From Trichosphaerium sp. ATCC 40318 (Eukaryota > Protista > Tubulinea): a stretch of DNA of 64,000 nucleotides. Below the pieces are notes generated by a model that saw only the letters and a list, made by a program, of their open reading frames with translations, did not search any database and had not been told where the DNA came from. Of the stretch, positions 49,748 through 63,090 are shown piece after piece. Position numbers and translations under genes: made by a program. Each line of letters starts with the position of its first letter. Position 1 is the first letter of the stretch. The DNA lies in contig JALMLS010000282.1 in the NCBI GenBank assembly GCA_038496445.1, positions 62,001-126,000 of the forward strand. Direction: 5' to 3'.

Positions 49748-51398
49748 TATTGTGTGTTTAGGTCGTTAGAGATATTCACAAATTTTTTGCACATTTCAAT
49801 GTCGGCAATGAAACTCAAGCAAGTATTTTATCAGGTGGGTATGTACATGTACACGCAACATAAACCAAAGAAAGCGTCAAAGAGCTGAAGAAAATAAAAA
49901 AGATACGTTTGGCAATAAAAACTACATGTAAACACATTCAACGCATTTATAATACTCTCTAACGTGTTTGAGAAACTTCTGTTCACAAAAAACCACCAGA
50001 GCAGATTTATCTTTCTTCGCTAACAGCTCTACCCTACAATAAAACGGCAACCCTCGTGTTCAATCGTGACTTCGTAACTATTTCTCCGACAAGCTGATGC
50101 CAACCCGAAGGTACGCATATACCATACTTGCGCCACACAAAAGCGCTCACGGCAACACGGCAATAATATCACAAAACCAAGAAAGGCATTGCCAAACACA
50201 ACCAACATTACTATAAAGCGACACGCCACCACAAGCAGGTGCACTTAAAAATGTAACAAAGCAAAGTATTTGGTTTTACAAAAATCACGTGTATAAATAA
50301 AAACGGTTCGTAACAAACAATTACTCCCTCACATGCTATTACTACAAAGTTTTTGAAAAATCCGCATTGAAAATGAAGGCCTCGCTTTCCTGGAATGGAA
50401 TCAAACGTTGAGATAGTTCTTGGGCTTGAAGAATGTTGGAAGCGCTAGTGAGGATCGACGCGTATGAACTTCATGTACTTACGGCGTGTGTATACTCAGT
50501 GACATTTCCACCATACTCAGTGTAAAGGATTGAAAGAAGCTCAAAACCGGATGTCAGGTATACTGTTGAGCTGAGTTGGTGACAGGAGCTTATACTCTAA
50601 ACCAGGAAATCTACGAAAGTTAGATATTTGAGCTAGCTTCAGTTTCTAACTCATAGTAACTACTTAGTTTTTGCTGAGTGGAAATACATCTTGTTATGAA
50701 GGTTTTCAATGTGGCGAAGATGGTTTGCTTTGAGATATTTTTTTATATGTTTGGAGTGTTTACTCATCTTCCTGTGCGCGTTCGCGCGAAAACAGAAAGT
50801 TTACAACACTTTCTGTTTTCGCACAATGCATGATAGACTATGACGTACAAAGATGCTGAATAAAGTTTGAACTGTACAATTTAGTACTACCTTTGAGTGT
50901 GCGCTTGGTGAAACATGTACAGATATCTACAAGTTTTTCCGCTGCACTGTGAGTCACACTCGTTGTGGAGTCACAAATGTTCCAAATTGAGTATAAAACT
51001 TTTTTCTTTGTTTGACTAATTACCAGATTTGGTTTGACGAATTGGAAAACACATCCTCGGCCTTGTATAATTATTCTGGTATTTAAACCTACCCTGTTAA
51101 TTTGGTGCGTATGAACATGAAAACGGACTTCCAACTGTTTTTTTTTATGAAGCTCAAGTCTCATCTATTTAGGCTCTTGAACCTAAACCTGACGCCAAAG
51201 CAAAACGAAACGCACTTTCGTACAAAATGTCCCTTTTCTTGTGGTCCCTTTTTCTGCTGTTTACATACACGGAGCGTATTGTTAGTCAACAATTTGATAT
51301 CGCCCTAGATTTCGTTAATGCGAGCAATAACTGCTCTCAAATGCACGTGATTTTTCTTTTACAAAAGATTTCGCTCTAAACAGAGTCGTAGAGGTCAG

Positions 51399-52574
51399 AT
51401 GCTATTAGAAATACGTACTGAAAATGAATTCAAGCATTATAAAACTATGGCGAATATTCACGGTAACTTTTGGCTCAATGCGCGTCGTAATGATTCCACA
51501 AGTTACACAAAGGTGACCTGCGACCTTTGTCGTTTATCAGGGCAAGAATGTGATAGGTGTCGTGTGGCACTATCTACATACACGTGGCTGAGTGATCAAA
51601 CCTCTATTTTAGATACTGACTTGTTTCTTATTGGTGCTGGTGGGGATGTACAAACATTTCTTTTGAAATTTTTCAAAAACGAGCCTTCATTTGTTGATTC
51701 ACAGAATAATCAAGAGAGATGTGTACATATGCGTAAAGACGGTTTGTTAATATTAAAGAACTATACAGGCAATAATTTTGTTAAGGTTTCAATGATGTCA
51801 AATGTAGTGGTAAATCGCAGCTACAAGTTGTGTGCATGAACAATACGCAGGTATCCCAGCCTTCAGCTACACCGACAGCTACGCCAATAGTTCCCACTCC
51901 ACAGATTTGTCCAAACTGTAGCGCTCGACTTAATGACACAGTGACCGTTGGTGGCATTTTTTCTATTTCTGGAACAATTTATGTAACTTCAGGTAAATAT
52001 TTTCTGTTTGCTGGTGACCAGCTGTAACAATCGGTAGGTGATATTGTGTTTCTAAAGAATTCAGTGGTTGTTGTTGATTCAAATTCTTCACTGTCAATAG
52101 GAGGCTGTCCTACTTTTGAGGAAAATGTTGTTATTGATACAACTGCAGTACAAGTACAATGTTCATCTTTAATGTTGTGGTTATTTTCTAACGTATGTAA
52201 AGCAAAAAGGATCATTGATCTTGATTAGCTACAGTGACGATTGCATTGTTGACTTGACAAACATTTCACTCTCAGATCCAGCAAACACGTGCTTTCAACA
52301 AAGTATGTCATATTTCTTCAGAGATCAATCATACAATCATGTCTGGTTTTCACACTTAGTTTTCTGTATAGATACACGTGGCAAGTTAGTCATTTTGTTT
52401 TCTTCATCTTGTTTCGATCAAGATGGCAGCGAGACTGATTTTCCTATGATACCTGTAGTTGTCATAGTAGTGCTTGTGGTATTTCTTGTCATTCTTGTTT
52501 TGGTATTGACTTTAGGCATACCCTCATGGCGTGAACGCATTTATCCGCATAGATGGGTTTCCCCAAAAGGTTAA
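51399..52574 (+). CDS. C-type lectin-domain single-pass membrane protein (5' end unresolved)
   Basis: EIRTENE, FWLNAR, YTWLSD, NEPS...ERCVHM and FNDVKC...VVC. A P/T-rich linker and a hydrophobic TM (VVVIVVLVVFLVILVLVLTLG) follow. Confidence 0.7.
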
Positions 52575-52863
52575 AAAAGAACACTAGAAAGTTTAAAACT
52601 AGGGTAGTGTAATGTTAGTTCAAAAAAATTAAAAATAGTTTCTCTTACTTACACCGTTGTTCAACGTCAAAAAAATATCTTTATCAGATCCTACTAATAC
52701 GTGACGCATAGGATTCAAATTGAAGAAGAAATAAGGTTCGCAAAGTGTGAATTCAAGTCAAAATAAAATTGATAAGACACAGAAATTTGACTGTTTTTTA
52801 GAGGTGTTTAGGCTAAAGCCATTCATAAAACACTTTAATCACTCTAAGTACATCATATACGCC

Positions 52864-53932
52864 ATGCAGAATATCAAACTTGTTGTTATCGGAGATGGAG
52901 CAGTTGGTATGTACAAAACAGCAAAGAGTAGTTATTTCTCCCTAATACTCGTTTATTCAGGCAAAACAAGCTTGCTTATATGCTATACAACAAATTCTTT
53001 CCCTACGGAATACGGTACGGCCAAGCTAGCGTTAATAATGCTTATACCGCTTAGTACCGACAATTTTTGACAATTACAGGTTTGGGAAAAAAAGAAATCC
53101 ACAAAAAGTTTTACACCATTTTTTTTAGTGCTAATGTGATGTTTGCAAGCAAGCCAGTACATCTAGGTTAGCTATATCTCTTTCTTTATACCATCATACT
53201 ATTTATTGACACTTTTGTAAAAGGGTTATGGGATACAACAAGTGCTGAGGATTTTGACAGATTCAGACCTATGGGCTACCCTGTAAGACTTAGTACATTT
53301 GTTGTTGAGTAACAATTTTTCTGAAATGTTTCGTTTGTTTCTTGTACAATATTTTCTTCTCACGTGATTTTTTTTTTAGCAAACTGATGTTTTTCTCATA
53401 TGCTTCAGCGTTGTTTCACCAGTAAGTCTTCAGAATATAGTTTCCAAGGTACGCCTAAAGCTAAAAGGATATTTTTGTTTGTTTTAGCTGGTATATTTTT
53501 AGTGAAACAATTAATCACGTGTAGTGGAAACCTGAAGTACAACACCATTGTCCAGATACACCTATTATTCTCGCAGGTCTTAAAATGGATTTGAGAACAA
53601 CACCTAGAATTGATGGAACTCCATACGACTGCGTACCTCGAGAAGAGGCTGAAAATGTTGCAAAAAAAATAGGGGTAAACTACTTCCACTATTTTTATAT
53701 CTCACTCGCTGATTATCTCTACAAAGGCAATGTCTTACGTGGAATGTAGCGCTCTTACTCAAGATGGTTTGAAGCAAGGTACATATCATGAGTGTTCTTA
53801 AACTCAGCTTCTACATAAAAGCAATAAAGGGTGCTAACGCTCTTTGTAGCATTCGAAGAAGCAGCTATAGCAGCATTAACACATAGGCGAAGTTTTACAT
53901 CTACAGAGAAAACAAACTGCGTTGTAATGTAA
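52864..53932 (+). CDS. Rho/Rac-family GTPase (DTTSA in switch II), CaaX CVVM
   Basis: Spliced: [63 protein letters not shown]. Confidence 0.9.
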
Positions 53933-54398
53933 AATAATGTTTAAACAGTCTCTTTCCATCTCTGTTGTGATCGAGACCAATAAACAAAGTGTAAAAAAAT
54001 AGTGTTCATCCTCGAGTACAGTCACTCGTACATATGTATACAGTACAAATGTAGTAACACTAATCATGTAGCCTACATAACTAACCGCTTAGGTTATTAA
54101 ATAATGTCAAACAACAATGAACCAAGGCACTTGCTTCACAACAAAACCTTGTACATTTTTTAAGTGGTAGCAAATAACAGCATTTTAAAACGTCTTAAAA
54201 GCCTGGTCCTCAATAAAGATCCTTCCAGACTGTGACAGTGAGCTAATTGAGCCATTGTAGAAATAGGTGATAGGTTTATGGTATCTTATTCATTGAAAAC
54301 ACATAGTCAACAACAGTTGACTTATTCAGCTAGATAACGGCAAAAAATCTTAATTTACAAGTCAACGCACGTACCATAGTTATTAATAGGCAACCTCA

Positions 54399-55807
54399 AT
54401 GGCAGCAAAACGCAAGGTACATTAATGAGCGCATTTGCAGTAATATTAGACCATTCATACAGGAGCCTCTGTAGATTAAAAAGCCTTACAAGTTTACTAA
54501 GTTATTTTCGCTACTTACTAAATTACGCGTAGATAAATACCTCAAAATCTGATAACCATCTTTTTGACCTCCCAGTGGAGCTACATCTCGATATTATCGA
54601 TCTAGATGATAAGCTGTTCTCAAAGTGGCCACTACTATCGAAACACACAGCAATGACGACAAGGTTTGATTGTGAGTTTAATAAACATGGTAAATGGAAA
54701 GATTGGCACTACAATGGGCTTATAAGAAGGTTATGTGTCTTTTTAAATGGTAAACAAGATGGAGAATACAAAGAGTGGCATAACAATGGGAAACTACATA
54801 CTCAGCATAATCGTGTTGATGACAAGTACAAAGGAGAGTACAAGTCATGGGATTTGAGAGGCAGATTGACTGAGTTTTGTACTTATGTCAATGGTAAACT
54901 TGAAGGAGAATACACTACTTGGCATGCTGGTGTAATGACAAAGAAGTGTTTTTATGTTGATGGTAAACTTGAGGGGGAATACAAGAATTGGACTAAAGAG
55001 TTTCAACTTCTTGTTCATTGTCATTATGTCAATGGTAAGCAAGAAGGTATGTACCGTGAATATTATGAACAAGGTCAACGAAGAATCAGAGTTAATTATG
55101 TTGATGATAACAAAGAAGGTGAGTATAAGAGATGGTATGAAAATGGAAACCTAGAAGTTAAGATGTACTTTAAAAATGGTAAAGCAGAAGGAGAACAAAC
55201 GTATTATCATCAAACAGGAAAGAAGTATTTCCAACAGTTTTTGGTAAATGAAATACGACAAGGAGAGTACAAGGAATGGCATTTTAATGGTGCTTTGAAA
55301 AAGCAAAGTAATTACAAAAATGGTGAACTTGACGGAGTACACAAGGAGTTTCATAATAACGGTCAGTTATGCTGCCAAGGTTACAATGTAGATGGTAAGC
55401 TAAATGGAGAGTATAAAGAGTGGCATAGGAATGGTCAATTGTATCAACAGTGTTGGTATGAAGATGATAAACTTGAAGGAGAATTAACTCAATGGTATGA
55501 AAATGGTAACATTGAAAAACATTATCATCTTGTCAATGATAAACTAGAAGGTATGATGAAAGTATGGTACTATAACAAGAATATGCATTATCAATGTAAT
55601 TATTTAAATGATGAATATCATGGGGAGTATACTGAGTGGCATGAAAACGGTCAAGTTTACAAAAAGTGTAATTACACTAATGGAAGGATCAATGACGGAG
55701 AGTACAATGAATGGTACAACAATGGTCAATTATCTAGACAATATTTTATTGTTGATAATGAAAGGGTAAACAGTTTGACAGTAGAATGGAGTTATAACGG
55801 AGAATAA
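54399..55807 (+). CDS. F-box-like + long MORN-repeat protein
   Basis: 410-aa ORF with HLFDLPVELHLDII and many MORN repeats. There is no ATG ahead of the F-box. A likely first exon MAAKRK (54399-54416) joins through a phase-0 intron 54417-54532. Confidence 0.8.
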
Positions 55808-55901
55808 GTAAGGAAATAAACTCACGTGTCACAATTGTGAAATAAAAAACTCGATTTGAGGTTTTTTTTTATTTGTTCTTCTTGGCATACCAATAGATCG
55901 C

Positions 55902-58900
55902 TTACATGCTCATTATTTTTGCGGCAATAGCTACAGGGTTCTTTGGTAATCCAAATCCAGTGATAGGATCCCTACAAACAAATGTTTAAACACGGGTAAG
56001 GACAGAAAAAAAATAAAGGACAAAAGGACAGCCGGAAAGAATGAGAAATGCTTTTTGGGTTGTTTTCTCCTAACATGGAGCTGGAAGCTTCCCGCTTTCA
56101 AAACATATGGTTTTGTGAATATGTAAATACTCCATAAGAGTTATAAACATATAACTTATGACACTTGAACCAAAAGCAAGGTAGAAAGGTAAAACCGAGC
56201 AGATTTGTTTAACAAAAAAAAGAGCGTACCAGCCTACTGCACACTCAAAGCCACGGCATGATCCGTATGTGTTATCACCTTGTGTTACATCTGTAAAGAT
56301 AGAAGAATCTTTTGAGAGTACACCATAGATAAGAGGGTTTGCAAAACCAACAGGGGCGTGACCTTTGCTCACCAAAATATCGTTCACCAATCCAAAAATA
56401 CCACCCTAAAATAAAATTAATAAAAAAACCAACACCTACAGCGTCACTATCATTTTGATGAACTTTAAAATATGCCACATGCATTCATAAAACATAAAGA
56501 ATATCATGTGAAGTTATGAACATAAAAAATTACAAAGGGAGTGCTTGAGAGAAGAAAAAAAAGTTTGAAGAATTCCAAACGTACAACAACAGGTGAAGCG
56601 CAACTAGTACCAGCAACACCGTAGGTGTCCTGGCCTGCAGTAATCACAACATTTTCGCTAAATGAAGATACATCTGGAATAGCCCTTCCAGTCTTATTAA
56701 AAGAAGAAGCTGGAGGCAATGGAGAGTGATGAAGGTAGTTCTCAACAACGTCGTTCTAAATCATGTAAGAGAAAAAAAAACTTCAAGCAAGCATCAAAAC
56801 ACGCTTACTTGGTATGAAGGTCTTGCGAAGTAGTTACTGAAACCTCCAGAACTAATTGTATCACCAACATATGTTGATCCTTGAAGGTAAATTCCACCAA
56901 CAGCTGTAACATATGGGGAGCTAGCACTACGAGGAAAAATTAAACACAAAAAAAAAGGTTTGAAATTAAAAACAACTTACGGCCAGTTTGGCTCTTGTCT
57001 GTCTCCACCAGCATTACATCCAACACCATTATCACCTTAAAATATTTAGTTAACAAGAACAAAAAACAAAATACATTCAAAACCTTTGGAGCAACCAGAA
57101 CGCGAGTGTAAAAACAAAAAAAAAACCAAAAGTATTTTTTTCACGTAAACTTTTTAAACACGTACCAGAAGAAAACAGTACTGTGGTACCACGTGAACCC
57201 CTAAAAAGATAAGCGGTTAGTGTATGAGGTTGTTGAACAAAAAAAATTGTTGAAGTAAATCACGTGGTAACGTACAATTTGATGAATTCAGTGTTTACAC
57301 GTAATGTATAGCTTGGAGTAATTGATGACTCAGTATCACCATAACTGACAGAAATAGTATGTGGAACTAACAAAAAAAGTAAATACTACGAAGGAACTGA
57401 GGCACGAACTGTAAAATAAGAAAAGAATTTTTGTTTGGGGTTTTGTTGACAGTGCTAGCGGCTAATGTTTATGTACGCACTGGTTGGAGCGTTATTCACA
57501 GCTGTGGCCCATTCCAAAAATGGCTCTTGACCTTCGTGTAGACCAGCAGTAGAGTAGAACCTTAAAAAACAAGAGTAAGAATAGTTGGCCAACTTCTTGT
57601 ACAAAACAAAGCAGCACAGTTTTAACGGATTGTAAGGATTAAAGTACCATGTGTCAACACCATTAGCAGTACCAATAATGTATTCAATATCAAGAGAAGC
57701 TAGAAAAGAAAACATAAGCAACACGTCACAGTAAAATAAAAATGTTTCTGTTTTTACTTCCTAGAACAAGAAGTGCTCACCTTCATCGCCTGGGTTTGTA
57801 GCATCATTAGGTCCAACTACTTTCGCTACTGTTTGGGAAGGTACATTAAACTTTTGTTGAAAGAGAGCCAAATCTGAAACAAAAAGGATAAGTCAAAAGG
57901 GCCAGTGTTCACGTGCACAAACTTTCGCCCGGCGATTGAAAAAAAAAGTTTTACCTTTTGGATCATAGTATTGCTTCAAGAATTGAGCTACAGCCTAAAT
58001 ACTTCATAAGGAAGACCCATATATAGGTGGGAATAACATACTTGGATAGATTTGGTGCTACCACTACCAGTTACAGTGATTTCTGCTTCTTTTTTAACAA
58101 CATCAGGTGTGATCATAGTATCATCACCAACGTTTTCAGTCTTTCTTAAAGCACGTCTTATTTGTGGAATCCTAGATACACCACCAACAAGATCAATATG
58201 CTTTGCTACATCGCTTGGTAGGGAGTATGCATCAAGAGAACGACATAGACAAGTCTAAAAGCAAAAATCATAAATAAGTCGCTAATTCATTTTGGTTAAG
58301 CCGTACGTTCGTTTCGCTGTGTGTCACCATCCTGTACTTGATTTGAAGCATACGCTCTGCAGTTCTAACAGGTACAGTAGTAGTAAGCCAATCACCAGTA
58401 GTAGCTACTGTGAATTCAGCACCAAAGGAAGAAACAAACTCAGAAACAGCGTCAATAGCTTCTTGAGATGCTCGTGTCAACGCGCTGATTTGTTCAAGTG
58501 ATAGAAATTGCCCTAAAGAGCGTTTTTGGGTTAAAGATCTGAAAGGATCGTTTTTAAAGCGTACTGTAAGATACATCGTTTGGGTTGGAGATACGATGAA
58601 ATTGACGCTACAGGATAGCGTTAAACGTTGGCTCGTGAACGGAAAAGTGCTATGAAAAGTTTCTTACCTCTAATTCGGTTGGATTACCTTGTTTAAGCGC
58701 GAAGGACAATGTAATATTCATATCTAGTCGTTATTAGAAAAGTGTCTTCTAAAACACTATTATTTACCCGCTCCAGCGTCACTGGTAACTGTCCAGCCAT
58801 TTGGTAGCGTTTTGTCGGAAGATGACTCGATAAAAGTTCTCTAATAAGTATAAGAGCCACGAGAGGCGTATATAAGTATCTTACGGATGCAGCTAGGCAT

Positions 58901-58941
58901 AGCACAAAGGTGCACGCAAGAATAAGAAGTAGTCTTGCCAT
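55902..58941 (-). CDS. TPP1: Tripeptidyl-peptidase I / sedolisin (S53) precursor, many introns
   Basis: Signal peptide and prodomain. Catalytic motifs EASLDIEY, SSGDNG and GTSCASP, plus GRAIPDVS and WDPITGFG. Confidence 0.9.
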
Positions 58942-60258
58942 AGATCGACTATGTAAAAACAATCAAACTTATCGCCGTTAAGTCAACCTGTTTGTTTCCG
59001 TCTTGGGGAAAGCTTTTGGTCAGTTTGGAGGTGCGAACAAGCTTCTATACTTTCCATACTTCATTCTCAGACAGCTTTTAGCTGTGTATGTCATGTGACA
59101 GCTGTGCATGTCACCTAAAAAGTAATATAACTTTGCCATTGTACTTTTCTTCTACAGGTGTATTGTACAAGTGATACGTTTCTTTTGATTTCTGGGGGTT
59201 TTTTTCGGTTGCACAATTATTTCTTTTGTTCAGGTTCAATGCAATGACAAGATTCACAACAAACATGGGACGCAATCTTGTTTCTACAATATCACGAGAG
59301 TAATTTTGTCAACGGAACTGAGTACAAAAGGATGTATGCGACAACAAAGAAAGATCCAAGCGCTGAAAATATAGGTGTCTTTTTTGAATACTACCTTAAA
59401 ACAGTGTTCACGCTTATACAATTAGTTTATCTGTGACCTTCATTGGCTGGATTTCATACTATAACGCTGTATAGTTGTAACGTAACACATGAGGGAATCA
59501 AGGTACTGTCCACTCAATATAAACACAACAAATTATTGATTGATGTCTAAACAGTATCGTCTCCTCATATTCATTGGCATCATCAATATTTGCACTTGAG
59601 TTGATAGCGTATTAAATAAAGATGCCTATCACCAGTGCTAAAATAGTTGGTTGCAAATAATGTCTATTATATCACGTGTCTCTTATTAAAATAAGTTCAA
59701 ATTTAGTTACATCTATCGCGACTACATTATTTCATACTTTCCAAGTCGCGAACAAGGCTGAAAAAGATTTGAACTTCACAAACTCCGAATTCCATCGGAG
59801 AAGTTGGTTAACTTAACAATAGCGCACTTCGAAAGAACGTTAGATAGTGCAAAAGGTTGCAGAAACAGATAAACAGCGAAGTTGTTCTATAGCAGCACTT
59901 ATTCGTCTAAAAAGGCTCGATTTTGGTTTGACGGTGTATGAAAGTACGTATAAGAGGAAAGAACGCGCTGTAAATTATGATTTCGAAAAAAAGCGCCAAA
60001 ATCGCTACAATCAACTGCATTCGTACTAATCATGCGACTGAAAGCGTATTCGCACCATAACTGTCTCTAAAAGTGACTTTTGTTAAAATTGCATCCAAAG
60101 GCACTATTAATCATACTGCGGCGTCAACACGGCATAAAACGCTTTATTTTTCGGTTAATGAATTGGTTCCTTTAGTTTCGACTAAAACGCGCTAAAACCA
60201 TTCCTTTCGGACTAAAAACGTATAGAAATAGCGAATAGAGTGATTTTTATAGCATTAA

Positions 60259-62793
60259 ATGGCGTCTGTAACATGTTCACGGTTTTTCGCTTTTTGCACA
60301 TTTCTACTGACGGCTTACCTCGCTTGTCTCTGTGGTCTTTACTACGTCTTTAGTAACCCAACAAAAATAGTACGTTAAAACAAAAATACAAACTCACGTG
60401 ACATGGGTTGTTATCCTAACACGCGTTTTAATATTGTTATTAGGCTTCTTCTTATGATGCTACGATTATGCAAAATGGGTTAGTAGCAATAGAGAAGCAA
60501 GTCACTTTAATTGGTACGCAATAAAAATAAACATCAATAACTTTTTTGAGACTTTCCTTTTTTTCACGAGCCAAGTTCATGATCTTGGTAGTCAACCCTT
60601 GTGTACCGACATTGATTTTTTGTACATGTTTTCAACCATTTTAGTACTTGTTTATCTACATCTAAAACTGGTCGCAATATTGTAAATAATTTCTTCACCT
60701 TTTTTTTTTTTTTTGTGTTTTCTTTTTTTAATGTTTGTCATCAGGTGTTGCTGCTTTTTGTATATTTGCAGGCACTTTATTTTATTCTTGGGGTAGACCA
60801 AGTAACCCTGAAGAATTGGCTAGAAGACGTGTTGCTGAGGTGTTAGGAAAAGAGTTTGTTGAAAGGATAAAAAAGTCTGAACAAATAGAGGCTGAAGAGA
60901 TTGTTGAAGTTGAACCTGTTAAAAGCGATACTCTGGCATCACATGATACAATTCATATTGAAACCAAGCCGTCTGATAGTGTATTGGATAAACCTCAAAC
61001 CCCGATTGTCGCCAAGGAAGAGAAAAAAACGGATACAATTGCACTGCGTAAACATTTCCTAAACTGTTGTTAAACACTAACTAGTTTCCTAGCACCTGTC
61101 ATCCTTGATACCGATATACTATTTGAGTTGGAACCAAAGCCACAAGATATTTTAGAACCTATCAATACAACCACTGGCATTGTTTTAGGTAGTACAGAAC
61201 CGGTAAAGAAGAGTCCTGATCAAACACTTGACACAGTTGATAAAGTCGAAAAAGAAGAAAAAGTCAATGATGTGACCGTCAAAAAGACGAGCTGTTCATG
61301 CTGTTCTTGGGCTAGTATTGTTATGGCCACCTTAAGAAAAGAGTGGGTATTTGTTTTTGTTGGCTTTCTCTGTTTTACTATCGGATTCTTTGGTGTACGC
61401 ACAATGTCATTCATTGGCTACTGCATCCTGTACGATCAACTTTTTTTTAAAAAAATCTGGAACCATTTTCTTTCTTCAGTGTAGACTCTCTATCATCTTG
61501 AGAGTATGGATTGACTGTAGTATGAAAGAGATATTATGCTTACTATTTTTTCTAGTGTTTATTACTTTGGGTGCCTACTTTGCCCTGAAGTGTTGGATTA
61601 TTTATATGATATTTTTGAGCCTCTTATAATCGACTTGTCAAACTCCAAAAGTGCAACAGTTAGGAGTGTAGTACAATATTTTAGAACTCTACACAATAAA
61701 CACTTTGGCCATCTCGGACCTCGACTACCTCCGCCTCCAAGGGAGTTCAGGAAGCCAAAAGAGAAGAAAATTACGGGAATGATAAAGGTACCACAATGTG
61801 TTTTTTTTGCAGTCTATTCCTTTTGTGTGGCTCTCTGTCTCTTTGGATTATATATCAATGCTTAACGTTTTTAATAGGTTCAGCTTGTAAATTGTATAGA
61901 TCTTGTAAAAGCCGAGATATTGATGAGCTCTGATCCTTATGTACATACACTTTTTCTTCTTTATGTTTTTTTTGAAGTTTTCCGTTCAAAAACAATATTC
62001 GTTTTGTTCTTGTGCTTGCTCATATTCCCATCAAATTATTCTCTGTTCAAACATGAAACGCCTGTTATTACTGGCATAAAGAGTAGTTACTATCTTTGTA
62101 ATCGAAAACTATACAACTGCGCTGTAAACCTTTTTTTTTTGTATTTTTGGTATTTCAGGCTAAGTTCAGCTTTTGATTTTGACTCATTTTCTACAGGTTG
62201 TAGTTAGTTTTCATGGCCAGCGACAACAAACAAAGCCTTACTTTAATAGCCAGCATGTTACTTTTCAAGAAAATCCTTTTACATTCAACTATAACGGTAT
62301 GTTTGATGTACACGTGCTTAAACTAGTTGTAATGGATAGCGATGTTGTTGGGGAAGATAACTTTCTTGGACAGTAAGTAGCCCATTACCTTTTCATATCT
62401 TTTCAAAACAAATCCCTTGTTGATATTTACATCTCATAACTAATCATTAAAGTGAAATTAACCTTCTACATGCTCTGTAAACAGAGCAATGTTGCAGTTT
62501 TTTGGTTAAAAAAACATGAGATTTTCTTTTTCCTTTTTGTTAAATTTCGGGTATTCTATTTGGATAGTAGTTGCTCTATATGGATTGAATACATACTAAA
62601 TTTAATGATTAGGTGTTGTGTTGATTTAAAAGAGTTTATTGGTATTGGGGACGGAGTAAACATCCAAACTTTTGAGAAGGAACTCGAAAATGTTAAAAGT
62701 GGTTGTATCCGATTTAATGTTGAGTTTGAACCTCTGGAAGAGTCCTTTTTTACTTTCTCACAGTACAGGCAAGATAATTATGTTAATTTATAG
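60259..62793 (+). CDS. Membrane protein with a C-terminal C2 domain
   Basis: Hydrophobic segments, then SSDPYV..., TK.....ENP, VMDSDVVGEDNFLG and SGCIRFNVEF. The start is tentative. Confidence 0.7.
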
Positions 62794-63090
62794 AATAACA
62801 ATAAAGAAAAACAAAGAACCATTGACCAACACATGTTTGTATCAAGCTCGCTAGATAGTGTTCTTGCATGATTGCAACAAGTAACATGCCTGTATACAGC
62901 GATGGTTTACTATTTGGTGCTTACGAATATTCGTCATGTGGTCTGAATAGTTGGGAACTGGCTACCTAGATTTTTATGTGGTGAATGGCGCTAACAATAT
63001 GCGAGCCGAGTCAAGAATTAATTAATGGTGGCAAACTTCGTTGACCATTTTGTAGGTTCTACTTTCAATATTACTAACATTGCACGGTTT

